Source: Candidatus Peregrinibacteria bacterium (GTDB taxonomy: Bacteria; Patescibacteriota; Gracilibacteria; UBA1369). Taken from it: a stretch of 64,000 bases of DNA. How positions within the stretch are numbered: position 1 is the first letter of the stretch; every line of letters begins with the position of its first letter. The translations under genes and the position numbers were made by a program. The notes beneath the pieces were generated by a model that worked only from the letters and a program-made list of their open reading frames with translations, was not told the DNA's origin and made no database searches. Shown one piece after another: positions 10,538-20,363 of the stretch. Where the stretch lies: NCBI GenBank assembly GCA_963708185.1, contig OY970195.1, forward strand, positions 32,001-96,000, given 5' to 3'.

Positions 10538-11068
10538 TTATTTGCTTGCTTTCGCTCCTTTTTTGGCTTTGGCCGGAGTGGGAGCTTCTTCTTTTGATGC
10601 CGGTTCGGCTGCGGCTGCGGTCATAAGCTCGGTTACGGTGCCTTTGGCTTTTTCGATTTTCACCTTGGCGCTCTTGGAAATGCGGTCGATTTTGACGTTG
10701 AGTTTTTTGGTGAGTTCACCGTCACCAAGCAGTTTAACAGGTTTTGTCTTACTGTTAATAAGTTTTTTTTCATAGAGCTTGATCATGTCGATGTCCTCGT
10801 TGTCACCGAAGACGTTGAGTTTACCGACATTCACCACCTGGAAAGAGATATGGTTCGGGTTGTTGAAGCCTCTGTACTTCGGAAGGCGGCGGAAGAGAGG
10901 AGTCTGTCCTCCTTCGAATCCCGGCTTCTTTTTGCTGCCGGTGCGCTGTCTTTGTCCGTTCATACCGCGAGTGGAATACGTTCCGTGGCCGGATCCGGGA
11001 CCGCGACCAACGACTTTACGTTTTTTGCGTGAGCCAGGATTGCTTTGGAGTTTCTGAAGTCTGTCCAT
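10538..11068 (-). CDS. rplO: 50S ribosomal protein L15
   Basis: VGRGPGSGHG..GFEGGQTPL.RRLPK..KLLGDG. Confidence 0.97.
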   Translation of the reverse strand: MDRLQKLQSNPGSRKKRKVVGRGPGSGHGTYSTRGMNGQRQRTGSKKKPGFEGGQTPLFRRLPKYRGFNNPNHISFQVVNVGKLNVFGDNEDIDMIKLYEKKLINSKTKPVKLLGDGELTKKLNVKIDRISKSAKVKIEKAKGTVTELMTAAAAEPASKEEAPTPAKAKKGAKASK

Positions 11069-11095
11069 AAATCTTTTGATGGTAAGTGAGTGAGA

Positions 11096-11770
11096 TTAGT
11101 CTTTCTTCGGAGTTTCCTTGGGAGCTTCGGCTTTTGCCTCAGGGGTTCCGGCTGGTTTTGCTTCAGGGTTCACTGCCGGTTTCGCCTGGGGAGCTTTTTG
11201 GGCGTGTCCGTGTTTTTCGTTGTGAGGGTGGGGTTGCGGTTTCTGTGGTTGTTGGGCAGGCGTTTCGGTCTTCGGGGCGATCTTTTTCTGCCAAGGGAAC
11301 GTTTTGAGTTTTCCGAGCGCCATGATGGCTGCCTGGCTGTTGCTCAAACGGTTTTTGCATCCGAGGACTTTGCTGAGAACGTCCTTCACTCCGGCAAGTT
11401 CAAGGATTTTGCGAAGAGGGCCGCCGGCGATGATTCCGGTACCAGGACAACCCGGCATGATGATCATTTTCGCGCTCTTGAATTTGACCTGGACGCGGTG
11501 AGGGATGGTTTCTCCGATAATAGGAACCTCAATCAGTGATTTTTTTGCCTGGGCCACAGCTTTCTTGATGGCTCCCTGGACTTCAACGGATTTACCGATG
11601 CCCATGCCGACCTTGCCTTTCTTATTGCCAATGACAACGGTAGCCCGGAAACGAAGTCTGCGTCCGCCTTTTACCACACGGGTCACGCGGTCGATCTGAA
11701 TGACTTCTTCTTCGAACTCCTTGTGTTCACGGACAGGAGGTCTGCCTTTTTTGTTCATAGGTCTTGGCAC
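11096..11770 (-). CDS. rpsE: 30S ribosomal protein S5
   Basis: RVTRVVKGGRRLRF..GTGIIAGG. Confidence 0.97.
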   Translation of the reverse strand: MPRPMNKKGRPPVREHKEFEEEVIQIDRVTRVVKGGRRLRFRATVVIGNKKGKVGMGIGKSVEVQGAIKKAVAQAKKSLIEVPIIGETIPHRVQVKFKSAKMIIMPGCPGTGIIAGGPLRKILELAGVKDVLSKVLGCKNRLSNSQAAIMALGKLKTFPWQKKIAPKTETPAQQPQKPQPHPHNEKHGHAQKAPQAKPAVNPEAKPAGTPEAKAEAPKETPKKD

Positions 11771-11789
11771 GGTTGTTGAAAATTAAGAT

Positions 11790-12140
11790 TTAAAATTGTA
11801 ATCCGCCTTCACGGGCGCCATCGGCGATGGCTTTGACGCGACCATGATATTTATAGCCGTTACGGTCGAAAACACAAGCGGTGATGTTCTTTTCTTTGGC
11901 GAGCTTGGCCAGCTCCATGCCGACTTTTTTGGCACGTTCCGACTTGGTTCCCTTGTCTTTCATCTTGAGATCGTTGCAGTTGATGATGGTGGCGTGTTTC
12001 TGATCATCAACGAGCTGGGCATAGTGGTTGTTGAGACTGCGGTAGATCACGAGGCGTGGTTTTTCTGCAGTCCCGCTCACTTTTGCCCTGATGCGGGCGT
12101 GACGGTTCGTTCGGTTGAGTTCTTTTTTAGAGGTTGTCAT
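11790..12140 (-). CDS. rplR: 50S ribosomal protein L18
   Basis: PRLVIYRS..FDRNGYKYHGRVKA.ADGAREGGL.F. Confidence 0.97.
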   Translation of the reverse strand: MTTSKKELNRTNRHARIRAKVSGTAEKPRLVIYRSLNNHYAQLVDDQKHATIINCNDLKMKDKGTKSERAKKVGMELAKLAKEKNITACVFDRNGYKYHGRVKAIADGAREGGLQF

Positions 12141-12153
12141 AGAGGATCAAAGA

Positions 12154-12708
12154 TTATTTTTCTTTAGCTGCTGCTTTTCCTGCTTTGCGGGCGACGTATT
12201 CACCGAGGTATCGGATTCCTTTGCCTTTGTAAGGTTCGGGTTTGCGATAGCTGCGAATCTTCGCCGCTACTTCGCCGACGAGCTGTTTGTCGGCTCCGGA
12301 AACGGTCAAAATGTTTTTCTTTTCCTGGTCGATCGAAATCTGGATGCCGGCCGGGGGTTGGAATTCAACCGGATGTGAGAATCCGAGAGAAAGCACCAGT
12401 TTTGATCCCTGCATATTGGCGCGGTAGCCGACGCCCTGGATTTCAAGCTGTTTGCTGAAACCTTTCGTCACGCCGTGGACCATGTTGGCGATGAGGGTAC
12501 GGCTGAGACCGTGCATGCTTCTGTCGAGCTGTTCTTCCTTCCCCCTTTTGATGGTGACGGTTCCGTCGGCTATCTCCACCGTGATTTTCTTGTGGATGGT
12601 GAAGCTGAGTTCGCCTTTGGGTCCTTTGACGACAATCAGGTTGCCGTCACGTTTTTCAACGGTGACGCCTGAAGGGATGGCAATGGGGAGTTTTCCGATA
12701 CGAGACAT
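12154..12708 (-). CDS. rplF: 50S ribosomal protein L6
   Basis: MSRIGK.P..GVGYRA..LGFSHP..PEPYKGKG. Confidence 0.98.
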   Translation of the reverse strand: MSRIGKLPIAIPSGVTVEKRDGNLIVVKGPKGELSFTIHKKITVEIADGTVTIKRGKEEQLDRSMHGLSRTLIANMVHGVTKGFSKQLEIQGVGYRANMQGSKLVLSLGFSHPVEFQPPAGIQISIDQEKKNILTVSGADKQLVGEVAAKIRSYRKPEPYKGKGIRYLGEYVARKAGKAAAKEK

Positions 12709-12735
12709 ATTTGAGAATGGTAGAGTGTAGGATTT

Positions 12736-13122
12736 TTAGTAGACTTCGCAGATCAGTTCGCCTCCGAGTTTCTTTTTCTTGGCTTCTTCTCCGCTCATGA
12801 TTCCCTGTGGGGTGGAAACGACGGCGACGCCGAGACCTCCGTTGATTTTTTTGAGCTGGGAGGTTTTCATGTAAATGCGCTGTCCCGGTTTGCTGATCTT
12901 TTTGAGACTGATATCTCTGTGCTGGGGATGCAGAACAATTTTTATCTCTTCAAAATCGTTGTTTTTCATGTTGTTGAATTCCTGGATGAAACCTTTATCC
13001 TGCAGGACTTTGAGCACGCCCATCTTCATGTTGGAAAATGGTACGGTGACCGTATCCTTTCTTGCCATTGAGGCGTTGCGGATTCTGGTCAAAAGATCTG
13101 CGATAGGGTCTGTTAACATCAT
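12736..13122 (-). CDS. rpsH: 30S ribosomal protein S8
   Basis: MMLTDPIADLLTRIRNA..SKPGQRIY..GGELIC; real start 13122 or 13119. Confidence 0.96.
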   Translation of the reverse strand: MMLTDPIADLLTRIRNASMARKDTVTVPFSNMKMGVLKVLQDKGFIQEFNNMKNNDFEEIKIVLHPQHRDISLKKISKPGQRIYMKTSQLKKINGGLGVAVVSTPQGIMSGEEAKKKKLGGELICEVY

Positions 13123-13156
13123 TTTTTTGTGAATGAGAGAATATATTTTCTGAGTC

Positions 13157-13381
13157 TTACCAGGAGGACTTTTTGATACCCATGATGAGTCCTTTGGCTG
13201 CATTTTCACGGAAACAGATACGGCACATTTCAAATTTTCTCATGTAGCCCCCTCTGCGACCGCACAGTTTGCAGCGGTTGTAGACGCGGCTCGGAAATTT
13301 AGGTTTTTTCCCTGCCGCGAGAGCGTCGAGATAACTTTTCTGTTTGCGTGCCGTTTTCACTTTGAGTGAGAGTCTTGCCAT
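13157..13381 (-). CDS. rpsZ: 30S ribosomal protein S14, zinc-binding (type Z)
   Basis: [21 protein letters not shown]. Confidence 0.95.
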   Translation of the reverse strand: MARLSLKVKTARKQKSYLDALAAGKKPKFPSRVYNRCKLCGRRGGYMRKFEMCRICFRENAAKGLIMGIKKSSW

Positions 13382-13426
13382 TTGTAGGATGATAGGATGT
13401 GAGAATTGAAAATGTAAGGTTTGAAA

Positions 13427-14002
13427 TTACTTCGTTTCGCCGCGTTTGCTCTTGAGTTCCTGGAAAGGGAAGCCGAGTTTTTTGAGAAGCTGAAGTCCTT
13501 CCTTGTCGTTCTTGGCGGTGGTGACCACCGTGACTTCTATCCCGTGGATTTTGTTGAGATCTTCAGGATTGATTTCCGTGAAAACGGTGCTTTCCTTGAT
13601 GGCGACGGTGTAGTTGCCGTGTCCGTCGAAACTTCTCGGCGAGATGCCACGGAAGTCGCGCACGCGGGGGAACACAACGTTGATGAGTTTGTTCAGAAAA
13701 TTGTACATGCGGGTGCCGCGCAGGGTCACGTACACTCCGACGGGCTGGCCCTTCTTCAGTTTGAAGTTGGAAATGGCGATGCGGGCTTTTGCGACCATGG
13801 GTTTCTGTCCGGAAATCGCGGCCAGGTTCTCAACGACGTAGGAATAGTCCTTGCCCATGCCGGTGAGTTTGCCGATACCGACGTTGAGTTTGACCATTTT
13901 TACGCTCGGAACAGCGTTGGCATTCTTGATGTTGAGCTCTTTTTTGAGTTCAGGCTGAATGGTCTTGCTAAACCGTTCTCTTAATGTGAGGAGTTGTGAC
14001 AT
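13427..14002 (-). CDS. rplE: 50S ribosomal protein L5
   Basis: ISGQKP..VTLRG..PRVRDFRG..FDGHGNY. Confidence 0.97.
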   Translation of the reverse strand: MSQLLTLRERFSKTIQPELKKELNIKNANAVPSVKMVKLNVGIGKLTGMGKDYSYVVENLAAISGQKPMVAKARIAISNFKLKKGQPVGVYVTLRGTRMYNFLNKLINVVFPRVRDFRGISPRSFDGHGNYTVAIKESTVFTEINPEDLNKIHGIEVTVVTTAKNDKEGLQLLKKLGFPFQELKSKRGETK

Positions 14003-14016
14003 GGTTTTTAAAAGTA

Positions 14017-14373
14017 TTAAATTGCTTTTTTCTTGGATGCTTTGGGCTTGGAGGCTTCCGGCATGAGGTCGAGTGAAGCCCCGGTAAGTTTGGAAATGCG
14101 TTCTTTTTTGCCGTTTTCGAGGACCTTGTAACCAACGCGGGTCGGTTTGTTCTCCTTCGGGTCCATCACCATGACGTTTGAAACGTCCATTGGAGCTTCG
14201 AAGGTGATTTTCTGCCCCGGCTGGGTCTGGGTCTTTTTCACGTGTTTGGTGCGCATGTTGACCTTTTCCACCACGATCTGGTTGTGCTTGGCGATCACGC
14301 GGATGACCTTGCTGATCTTTCCTTTGTCTTTGCCGCTGATGACCAATACTTTGTCGTTCGCCTTAATTTTCAT
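14017..14373 (-). CDS. rplX: 50S ribosomal protein L24
   Basis: KOW motif VISGKDKGK..EAPMDVSNV. Confidence 0.97.
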   Translation of the reverse strand: MKIKANDKVLVISGKDKGKISKVIRVIAKHNQIVVEKVNMRTKHVKKTQTQPGQKITFEAPMDVSNVMVMDPKENKPTRVGYKVLENGKKERISKLTGASLDLMPEASKPKASKKKAI

Positions 14374-14384
14374 AGTTTGTAAAT

Positions 14385-14753
14385 TTAGAGTACTTCAGGG
14401 GCCAGAGAAATGATTTTCTGGAAGCCTTTTTCACGCAGTTCACGTGCGACGGGTCCGAAAATACGGGTTCCTTTGGGTTCGTTTTCTTTGTTGATGATGA
14501 CGATGGCGTTTTCATCGAAGCGGATATACGTTCCGTCTTTGCGTTTGGTCTCTTTTCTTGCACGTACCACGACGCCTTTTTCCACGCTGTGCGCTTTGAC
14601 GGCGCCGCGAGGGGCAGCCTGCTTGATGGTCACCACGACGACGTCGCCGAGGCCTGCATAGCGGCGGCGGCTGCCGCCGAGGACTTTGATGCACTGGGCC
14701 AGTTTGGCTCCGGTGTTGTCCGCGATGTTGATCATGCTGCGTAACTGAATCAT
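14385..14753 (-). CDS. rplN: 50S ribosomal protein L14
   Basis: [35 protein letters not shown]. Confidence 0.98.
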   Translation of the reverse strand: MIQLRSMINIADNTGAKLAQCIKVLGGSRRRYAGLGDVVVVTIKQAAPRGAVKAHSVEKGVVVRARKETKRKDGTYIRFDENAIVIINKENEPKGTRIFGPVARELREKGFQKIISLAPEVL

Positions 14754-14783
14754 GGTTGTTTCTTAAAAAGAGGTCTTAAAAAG

Positions 14784-15032
14784 TTATTTTTTTGCCGGTT
14801 GAGCTTCTTCCGGTTTGACTACCGTCCATCTTTTGAGTTTGCTCAGGGGGCGGGTTTCATAAATGGTCACTTCGTCTCCGACCTTGGAGGTATTCTGAGG
14901 ATCGTCCACATAGAATTTTTTCGATACACGGTACTTCTTCCTGTATTTCGAATGCATTTTGTAGCTGTTCACCGTGACGACACGTGTTTTGTCCATTTTA
15001 TCGCTGACGACAATTCCTTTTTTTGTTCTCAT
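14784..15032 (-). CDS. rpsQ: 30S ribosomal protein S17
   Basis: GIVVSDKMDKT..ETRPLSKLKRW. Confidence 0.97.
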   Translation of the reverse strand: MRTKKGIVVSDKMDKTRVVTVNSYKMHSKYRKKYRVSKKFYVDDPQNTSKVGDEVTIYETRPLSKLKRWTVVKPEEAQPAKK

Positions 15033-15058
15033 GTGAACGTTAGATTAGAGAGATGGAG

Positions 15059-15418
15059 TTATTTTTGTGAAGACTTTGCTGTCGAAGCCTTGCTTTTCTT
15101 GGCAGGAGTTTTAGCAGAAGCCGTTTTCTTTGTCGAAGCCTTTTTCGCGGCGGTTTTCGGCTGAGCTTTTTTCTCTTCGGCTGGCATTGCTGCCGCTGTT
15201 TCTTTCTTTGCCGATTCAGGCTTCTCTTCCATTTTCATTTCTTTCGTCAGGGTGTGGAGGAGTGCAATGTATCGTTTCAGGTTCTTGATCATGTGAGCTT
15301 CCTTGGAGCTTCCGCTGCGGACCTCGAATTTTCTTTTGAGGAGTTCGCGGCGGGATCTTTCGAGTTCGTCCATCAATTCCCTGTTTCCGAGTTGTCGAAT
15401 TTCTTGTTTGCTGAGCAT
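15059..15418 (-). CDS. rpmC: 50S ribosomal protein L29 with K/A-rich C-terminal tail
   Basis: L29-like N-terminal ~60 aa; canonical position between rplP and rpsQ. Confidence 0.88.
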   Translation of the reverse strand: MLSKQEIRQLGNRELMDELERSRRELLKRKFEVRSGSSKEAHMIKNLKRYIALLHTLTKEMKMEEKPESAKKETAAAMPAEEKKAQPKTAAKKASTKKTASAKTPAKKSKASTAKSSQK

Positions 15419-15425
15419 AGGATGT

Positions 15426-15848
15426 TTATAAACTGACGTTACTGTCGATGAAGCGGCATTTTACCGGGAGTTTCTGGGATGCAAGGCGCATGGCTTCCTT
15501 GGCGGTCGCTACGTCCACACCGTCCATTTCAAAGAGAATTGTTCCCGCGTGGATTTCAGCCACGTATTTTTCAACGGTTCCTTTTCCGCTTCCCATGGGT
15601 ACTTCCGCAGCTTTTTGCGTGACAGGTTTGTGAGGGAAAACACGGATCCAGATCTTGCCGCCACGTTTGATGAAGTGTGTCATGGCGCGGCGTGCGGCTT
15701 CGATTTGCCGGCTGTTGATTTCTCCGCCTTCAAGCGATTTGAGGGCGTAAGCCCCGAAAGCTGCAAGGGTGCCCCGGGTCGCAACTCCGTGGGTGGAGCC
15801 GCGGAGGCGGTGAGATTTGCGGTATTTGAGCTTTTTGGGAGTAAACAT
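15426..15848 (-). CDS. rplP: 50S ribosomal protein L16
   Basis: [28 protein letters not shown]. Confidence 0.98.
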   Translation of the reverse strand: MFTPKKLKYRKSHRLRGSTHGVATRGTLAAFGAYALKSLEGGEINSRQIEAARRAMTHFIKRGGKIWIRVFPHKPVTQKAAEVPMGSGKGTVEKYVAEIHAGTILFEMDGVDVATAKEAMRLASQKLPVKCRFIDSNVSL

Positions 15849-15903
15849 AAGGTGAGAATTGAGCTAGCAGAGTATAGCGATTTTCGCTGGATAATCAAGG
15901 TTT

Positions 15904-16575
15904 TTATGCCTGTTCGGCCATTTCGGTGCGTAAGGCGTCTCCTCTTTTCTTGAAGATGTCGCCTCGGTAGATCCATACTTTCACGCCGATGGTTCCGTAA
16001 GCCGTTTTGGCGTGGATGCAGGCGTAGTCGATGTCCGCTCGCAGCGTATGGAGGGGGATCTTGCCGTTGGAGAAGAATTCCGAACGGGCGATTTCAACTC
16101 CATTCAACCTTCCTGCGAGGAAGATCTTGGCGCCGCGTGCTCCGCTTTCGATGGCTTTATCCACAGCCATTTTTGCGGCACGGCGATAGGAGACTCTTTT
16201 TTCGATCTGCTGTGCGATGCTGTCGGCAAGCAGTTTGGCGTCAAGCGCCGGTTTCTTGATCTCTTTAATGTTGAGGGTGAAGTCTTCGTGAAATTTCTTT
16301 TTCAGTTCGTCGCGGAGAGTGTCGATGCTTGCCCCCTGGCGTCCGATGATGACGCCCGGCTTGGCGGAATGGATGAAAACGTTAACCTTTCCTGCGCTGC
16401 GCTGGATTTCAATTCTTGAAACAGCCGCGTCGGCAAGCCTTTCTTCAATGAGCTTGCGAATTTGGATGTCCTGGTGGAGCATTTTGGAATAGTTGCGCTT
16501 GTTGGCGAACCACTTGGAGTCCCAGGAACGAATGATGCCGATGCGTAGGATGTTTGGATTAACTTTCTGACCCAT
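15904..16575 (-). CDS. rpsC: 30S ribosomal protein S3
   Basis: MGQKVNP..KPGVIIG..PLHTLRADIDY..GVKVWI. Confidence 0.98.
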   Translation of the reverse strand: MGQKVNPNILRIGIIRSWDSKWFANKRNYSKMLHQDIQIRKLIEERLADAAVSRIEIQRSAGKVNVFIHSAKPGVIIGRQGASIDTLRDELKKKFHEDFTLNIKEIKKPALDAKLLADSIAQQIEKRVSYRRAAKMAVDKAIESGARGAKIFLAGRLNGVEIARSEFFSNGKIPLHTLRADIDYACIHAKTAYGTIGVKVWIYRGDIFKKRGDALRTEMAEQA

Positions 16576-16600
16576 TGTTTTGAATTAAGGATTAGTGAGT

Positions 16601-17086
16601 TTATGCCTTGATGGTTTTGACGCCCTTTTTGGCGGCCGGTTTTTTGGCGGGAGCCGCTTTTTTTACCGGAGCTTTTTTCTTCGGTTCTTCCTGCTTTGCT
16701 TCCGCAGGAGCCGCTTCAGCGGTTTTTGCGGTGCTCTTCTTCTTTGATTCCGGTGCTTCTTCGTTCACGCCGAGGATGACCGTGGCGTGAGCCATTCTTT
16801 TTAAAATCGGGTGGACGCGTCCGCGTGAGATGGGAACGCTGCGTTTGAGGGTTTGCCCTTCCGTCACGATGATCTCTTTGATATAAAGGCTGGACGCTTC
16901 CTGTTTAAAATTGTTTTCAGCATTGGACATGGCGCTGTGAACGATTTTTCTTAAGATCTTTGCGCCTTTTTTTGGTGTGAACTTGAGAATGTCCAAAGCC
17001 GTCTGCACATCCTTCTTGCGAACAAGACCCGCAATAAGGTTGAGTTTTTTGGAAGTGATTCGTAATGATCGTCCGATTGCTTTCAT
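16601..17086 (-). CDS. rplV: 50S ribosomal protein L22 with K/A/P tail
   Basis: SAMSNAENN..RGRVHPILKR..H. Confidence 0.96.
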   Translation of the reverse strand: MKAIGRSLRITSKKLNLIAGLVRKKDVQTALDILKFTPKKGAKILRKIVHSAMSNAENNFKQEASSLYIKEIIVTEGQTLKRSVPISRGRVHPILKRMAHATVILGVNEEAPESKKKSTAKTAEAAPAEAKQEEPKKKAPVKKAAPAKKPAAKKGVKTIKA

Positions 17087-17116
17087 GATGGGGTGTATAA
17101 AACGTTAGAAGTTGAT

Positions 17117-17437
17117 TTATTTCGCTGCTGGAGCCGCTGCCGGCGCAGGTGTTGCCGTGCCGCTTTCGGCCTTGGCCAGTTTACCGCCGTGGCCCTTGAA
17201 CTTGCGAGTGTGAGCAAATTCGCCGAGTTTGTGTCCGACCATGTTTTCAGTGATGAACACGGGAATATGCTGCTTTCCGTTGTGGACGGCGATGGTATGT
17301 CCAACGAATTCAGGAGCAATGGCCGAACCACGGGCCCAGGTCTTGATGATCTTTTTCTGGTTGCCGCCATTCTGCATCTCAATTTTTTTGAGCAGCTTGG
17401 GGTCGACGTGAGGTCCTTTTTTAGTACTTCGTGACAT
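17117..17437 (-). CDS. rpsS: 30S ribosomal protein S19
   Basis: [22 protein letters not shown]. Confidence 0.98.
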   Translation of the reverse strand: MSRSTKKGPHVDPKLLKKIEMQNGGNQKKIIKTWARGSAIAPEFVGHTIAVHNGKQHIPVFITENMVGHKLGEFAHTRKFKGHGGKLAKAESGTATPAPAAAPAAK

Positions 17438-17462
17438 GGTGAGGAGTGGTTATGTGAGAGAT

Positions 17463-18314
17463 TTAGGATGCTGAACTGAATTTCTTGTCGTTCTTGCGTT
17501 TGATGATGAACTGGTCGCTGTATTTGCGTTTGCGGGTCTTATAACCGAGAGCAGGCATACCCCATGGAGTTTTCGGTCCGGGGAGACCTGTCGGTTGGTT
17601 TCCTTCACCACCACCGTGCGGATGGTCGATCGGGTTCATGGCTTTACCGCGGACTTCCGGCCTCCAGCCCATCCAGCGTTTGCGGCCGGCTTTGCCGAGT
17701 TTGACGTGGAAGTGGTCGGGGTTGCTGACCGCACCGATCGTAGCAAAACAGTTTTTATCGATATTGCGGACTTCGCCCGATGGAAGCTGGATCTGGGCGA
17801 ATGTGCCTTCAATGGCGACGACGCGAGCTTTTGAGCCTGCTGAACGGACGATCTGTCCGCCGCGTCCCTTCGTGAGCTCAACGTTGTGGATTTCGAAACC
17901 CACTGGAATGTATCTCAAAGCCATGCGGTTGCCGACTTTGATTTCGGCTTTGTCCGTGGTGATGATTTTGGTTCCCACTTTGATCTGGTCCGGGGCGAGG
18001 TGATAACGCTTGTCTCCATCGGCATAATTGACGAGCATAATGAAACATGTGCGGTTCGGATCGTATTCGATGGCTGCGACGGTTCCGGGAACGTTCACTT
18101 TTTTGCGCTGACTGAAGTCAACGATGCGATAGAGCTGTTTGTGGCCTCCACCCTGGTGACGGACGGTGATTTTCCCCTGGTGGTTGCGGCCTGCTCTACG
18201 TTTAAAGCTTTTGGTGAGACGTTTTTCAGGACGTGACTTCGTGAGCTCTTCAAAGGTTGAAGTGCTCATGAACCTGCGTGACGGAGTCGTAGCTTTATAT
18301 TTCTTGAATCCCAT
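17463..18314 (-). CDS. rplB: 50S ribosomal protein L2
   Basis: GRNHQGKITVRHQGGGHK..IEYDPNR..MNPIDHPHGGGEG. Confidence 0.98.
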   Translation of the reverse strand: MGFKKYKATTPSRRFMSTSTFEELTKSRPEKRLTKSFKRRAGRNHQGKITVRHQGGGHKQLYRIVDFSQRKKVNVPGTVAAIEYDPNRTCFIMLVNYADGDKRYHLAPDQIKVGTKIITTDKAEIKVGNRMALRYIPVGFEIHNVELTKGRGGQIVRSAGSKARVVAIEGTFAQIQLPSGEVRNIDKNCFATIGAVSNPDHFHVKLGKAGRKRWMGWRPEVRGKAMNPIDHPHGGGEGNQPTGLPGPKTPWGMPALGYKTRKRKYSDQFIIKRKNDKKFSSAS

Positions 18315-18341
18315 GTGAGTAAAAAAGAGAATGTAGAGTTA

Positions 18342-18644
18342 TTATTTCTTGATTTCCTTGCCGACCTTGGTGACGTCGAGTTTCTTCCCCCCCCTGAGCG
18401 TCACGATGGCTTTTTTCATGGCGGAGCGTTTGTCGACGAGCATGCGGCGGGCGATACGGGTTTTTGCCGGAGTGTTGATAATGCGGACGGTTGCCACATC
18501 GGCGCCGTAAGCGTCCTTGATGGCTCTCTTGATGTCGATCTTCGTGGCGTTGCGGTTCACCCAGAAAGCGTACTTGAATTTTGTGCTGAGGGCTGTCGCT
18601 TTTTCAGTTACGACCGGCATGATGATGGTGTACAGGGTATCCAT
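18342..18644 (-). CDS. rplW: 50S ribosomal protein L23
   Basis: PVVTEKA..ATKIDIK..KKAIVTL. Confidence 0.96.
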   Translation of the reverse strand: MDTLYTIIMPVVTEKATALSTKFKYAFWVNRNATKIDIKRAIKDAYGADVATVRIINTPAKTRIARRMLVDKRSAMKKAIVTLRGGKKLDVTKVGKEIKK

Positions 18645-18649
18645 GAGTA

Positions 18650-19279
18650 TTATTTAAAAAGTTCTTCCATTTTCTTGAGTGCTTTTTCGAAAAACAGCAC
18701 CTGATCGTAACGCTGGAGATCCGCAATATTCAGGTAGTTGACCAACATGGTTTTCACGAATGGAAGGTTACTGCTTGATTTCTGAACGGTGGTGTCTTTT
18801 TCCGGAATAAGAATGAGAACGTCTTTTTCAATAGGGAGCTTATGGAGCATAGCCATGAAGTTCTTCGTTTTGACTTCCTTGGCTTCGTATTTGTCGAGGG
18901 CAATAATCTTTCCGTCCTTGAGTTTTTCGGAAAGGGCGGAGAAAATGGCCATACGGCGCTGTTTTCTTGGCATCATCTGGGTGTAGTTGCGGTTGTTCTT
19001 GGGACCGAAAGCCACACCACCACCTTTCCAGTGGGGGTTGCGGGTCGAACCCTGGCGAGCGCGTCCCGTCCCTTTTTGAGGGAAAGGTTTTTTCCCGCCT
19101 CCGCGGACTTCAGCTTTGGTCTTGGTCCAGGTGATTTCACTGACGCGTGCGTTGGCATGCTGGCGGACAAGAGCCTGATGGACGAGGTCTTTGTTGAACT
19201 TGGCACCGAAGATGGTGTCAGAGACTTCAACGTCTCCTTTCTTTTCTCCTTGCTGGTTGTAGAGTGTAATTTTAGCCAT
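18650..19279 (-). CDS. rplD: 50S ribosomal protein L4
   Basis: [29 protein letters not shown]. Confidence 0.98.
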   Translation of the reverse strand: MAKITLYNQQGEKKGDVEVSDTIFGAKFNKDLVHQALVRQHANARVSEITWTKTKAEVRGGGKKPFPQKGTGRARQGSTRNPHWKGGGVAFGPKNNRNYTQMMPRKQRRMAIFSALSEKLKDGKIIALDKYEAKEVKTKNFMAMLHKLPIEKDVLILIPEKDTTVQKSSSNLPFVKTMLVNYLNIADLQRYDQVLFFEKALKKMEELFK

Positions 19280-19284
19280 GATGA

Positions 19285-19866
19285 CTAATTAAGTTTCTTG
19301 AGAGATACAAAACTGTTGTTTCCGCCCGGAACGGCTCCTTTGATGCCGACGAGGTGTTTCTTGGGATCCAGATAGACGACGGAGGTGCGAGTGGTGACGG
19401 TTTCAGCTCCCATGTGACCCGGGAGGCGTTTTCCACGGAGGATTTTACCCGGTTTGGCGCGAGCGCCGACTGAGCCGGGTTCGCGATGGAAGTGGGAACC
19501 GTGAGATGCCGGACCGCCAGCCATGTGGTGACGCTTGATGACACCCTGGAAACCTTTACCTTTCGATGTTCCGGTCACACTGACCAGATCACCTTCCTTG
19601 AAGATTTCCACCGTGACGGCGTCGCCCTGTTTCACTTGTTCATCGCCTTTGATGCGAAACTCTTTCATCATGTAGAACTTGCGGGTCTTGGTAGGTTTCG
19701 GAACTTTAGAAAATCCCAGGACTATCGCCGGATATCCATCTTTTTCAACGGTCTTGATCTGTGCTATTTCGTTCGGTTCGCACTGGATCACCGTCATTGG
19801 GATCACGCGGCCATCGTCTTGAATGACTCTCGTCATGCCTAATTTTTTACCGATCAAACCGGTCAT
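19285..19866 (-). CDS. rplC: 50S ribosomal protein L3
   Basis: GKKLGMT..GTSKGKGFQGVIKRH..GHMG..KGAVPG. Confidence 0.98.
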   Translation of the reverse strand: MTGLIGKKLGMTRVIQDDGRVIPMTVIQCEPNEIAQIKTVEKDGYPAIVLGFSKVPKPTKTRKFYMMKEFRIKGDEQVKQGDAVTVEIFKEGDLVSVTGTSKGKGFQGVIKRHHMAGGPASHGSHFHREPGSVGARAKPGKILRGKRLPGHMGAETVTTRTSVVYLDPKKHLVGIKGAVPGGNNSFVSLKKLN

Positions 19867-19998
19867 AAGAGTAGAGGTTAAGTCTTGGTCCCGCTGGGCG
19901 GGAAGACGGAGGTGAAGATTCCGCCCTTTCAGGCGAGGGGATTTGATCCCGTGGAACCCGCACTTCGCTTCAACATGCTAGGTTGAGTTGTTTCCTTT

Positions 19999-20325
19999 TT
20001 AAGCCGCCTGGAGCATCTTGATTTCGATGTCGACGCCGGCAGGGAGACTTAGGTTGGTAAGTGAGTCAATGGTTTTTGGGGTGCTTTCGGTGATGTCAAT
20101 CAGTCTCTTGTGTGTTCTCATTTCAAATTGATCGCGAGCATTCTTGTGGACAAAGGTCGAGCGGTTGACCGTATATTTTTCAATCTTTGTCGGGAGAGGA
20201 ATGGGGCCAGCTACAATCGCACCAGTTCTTTCGGCCGTTTCGATGATCAATCGGGCTGAATCGTCTACGACTTTGTGGTCGTAGGCCTGAATCTTGATGC
20301 GGATTTTTTGTTTAGCTGCTGCCAT
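19999..20325 (-). CDS. rpsJ: 30S ribosomal protein S10
   Basis: [29 protein letters not shown]. Confidence 0.98.
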   Translation of the reverse strand: MAAAKQKIRIKIQAYDHKVVDDSARLIIETAERTGAIVAGPIPLPTKIEKYTVNRSTFVHKNARDQFEMRTHKRLIDITESTPKTIDSLTNLSLPAGVDIEIKMLQAA

Positions 20326-20363
20326 TTCGGATCAATAAGTTAAGGATCGGGAGAGAACAGGAA

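Noticed and set aside
19867-19998. SRP RNA or tRNA in the rpsJ-rplC spacer
   Set aside because: Lacks the SRP domain IV consensus and a T-loop; kept only as an unassigned structured spacer
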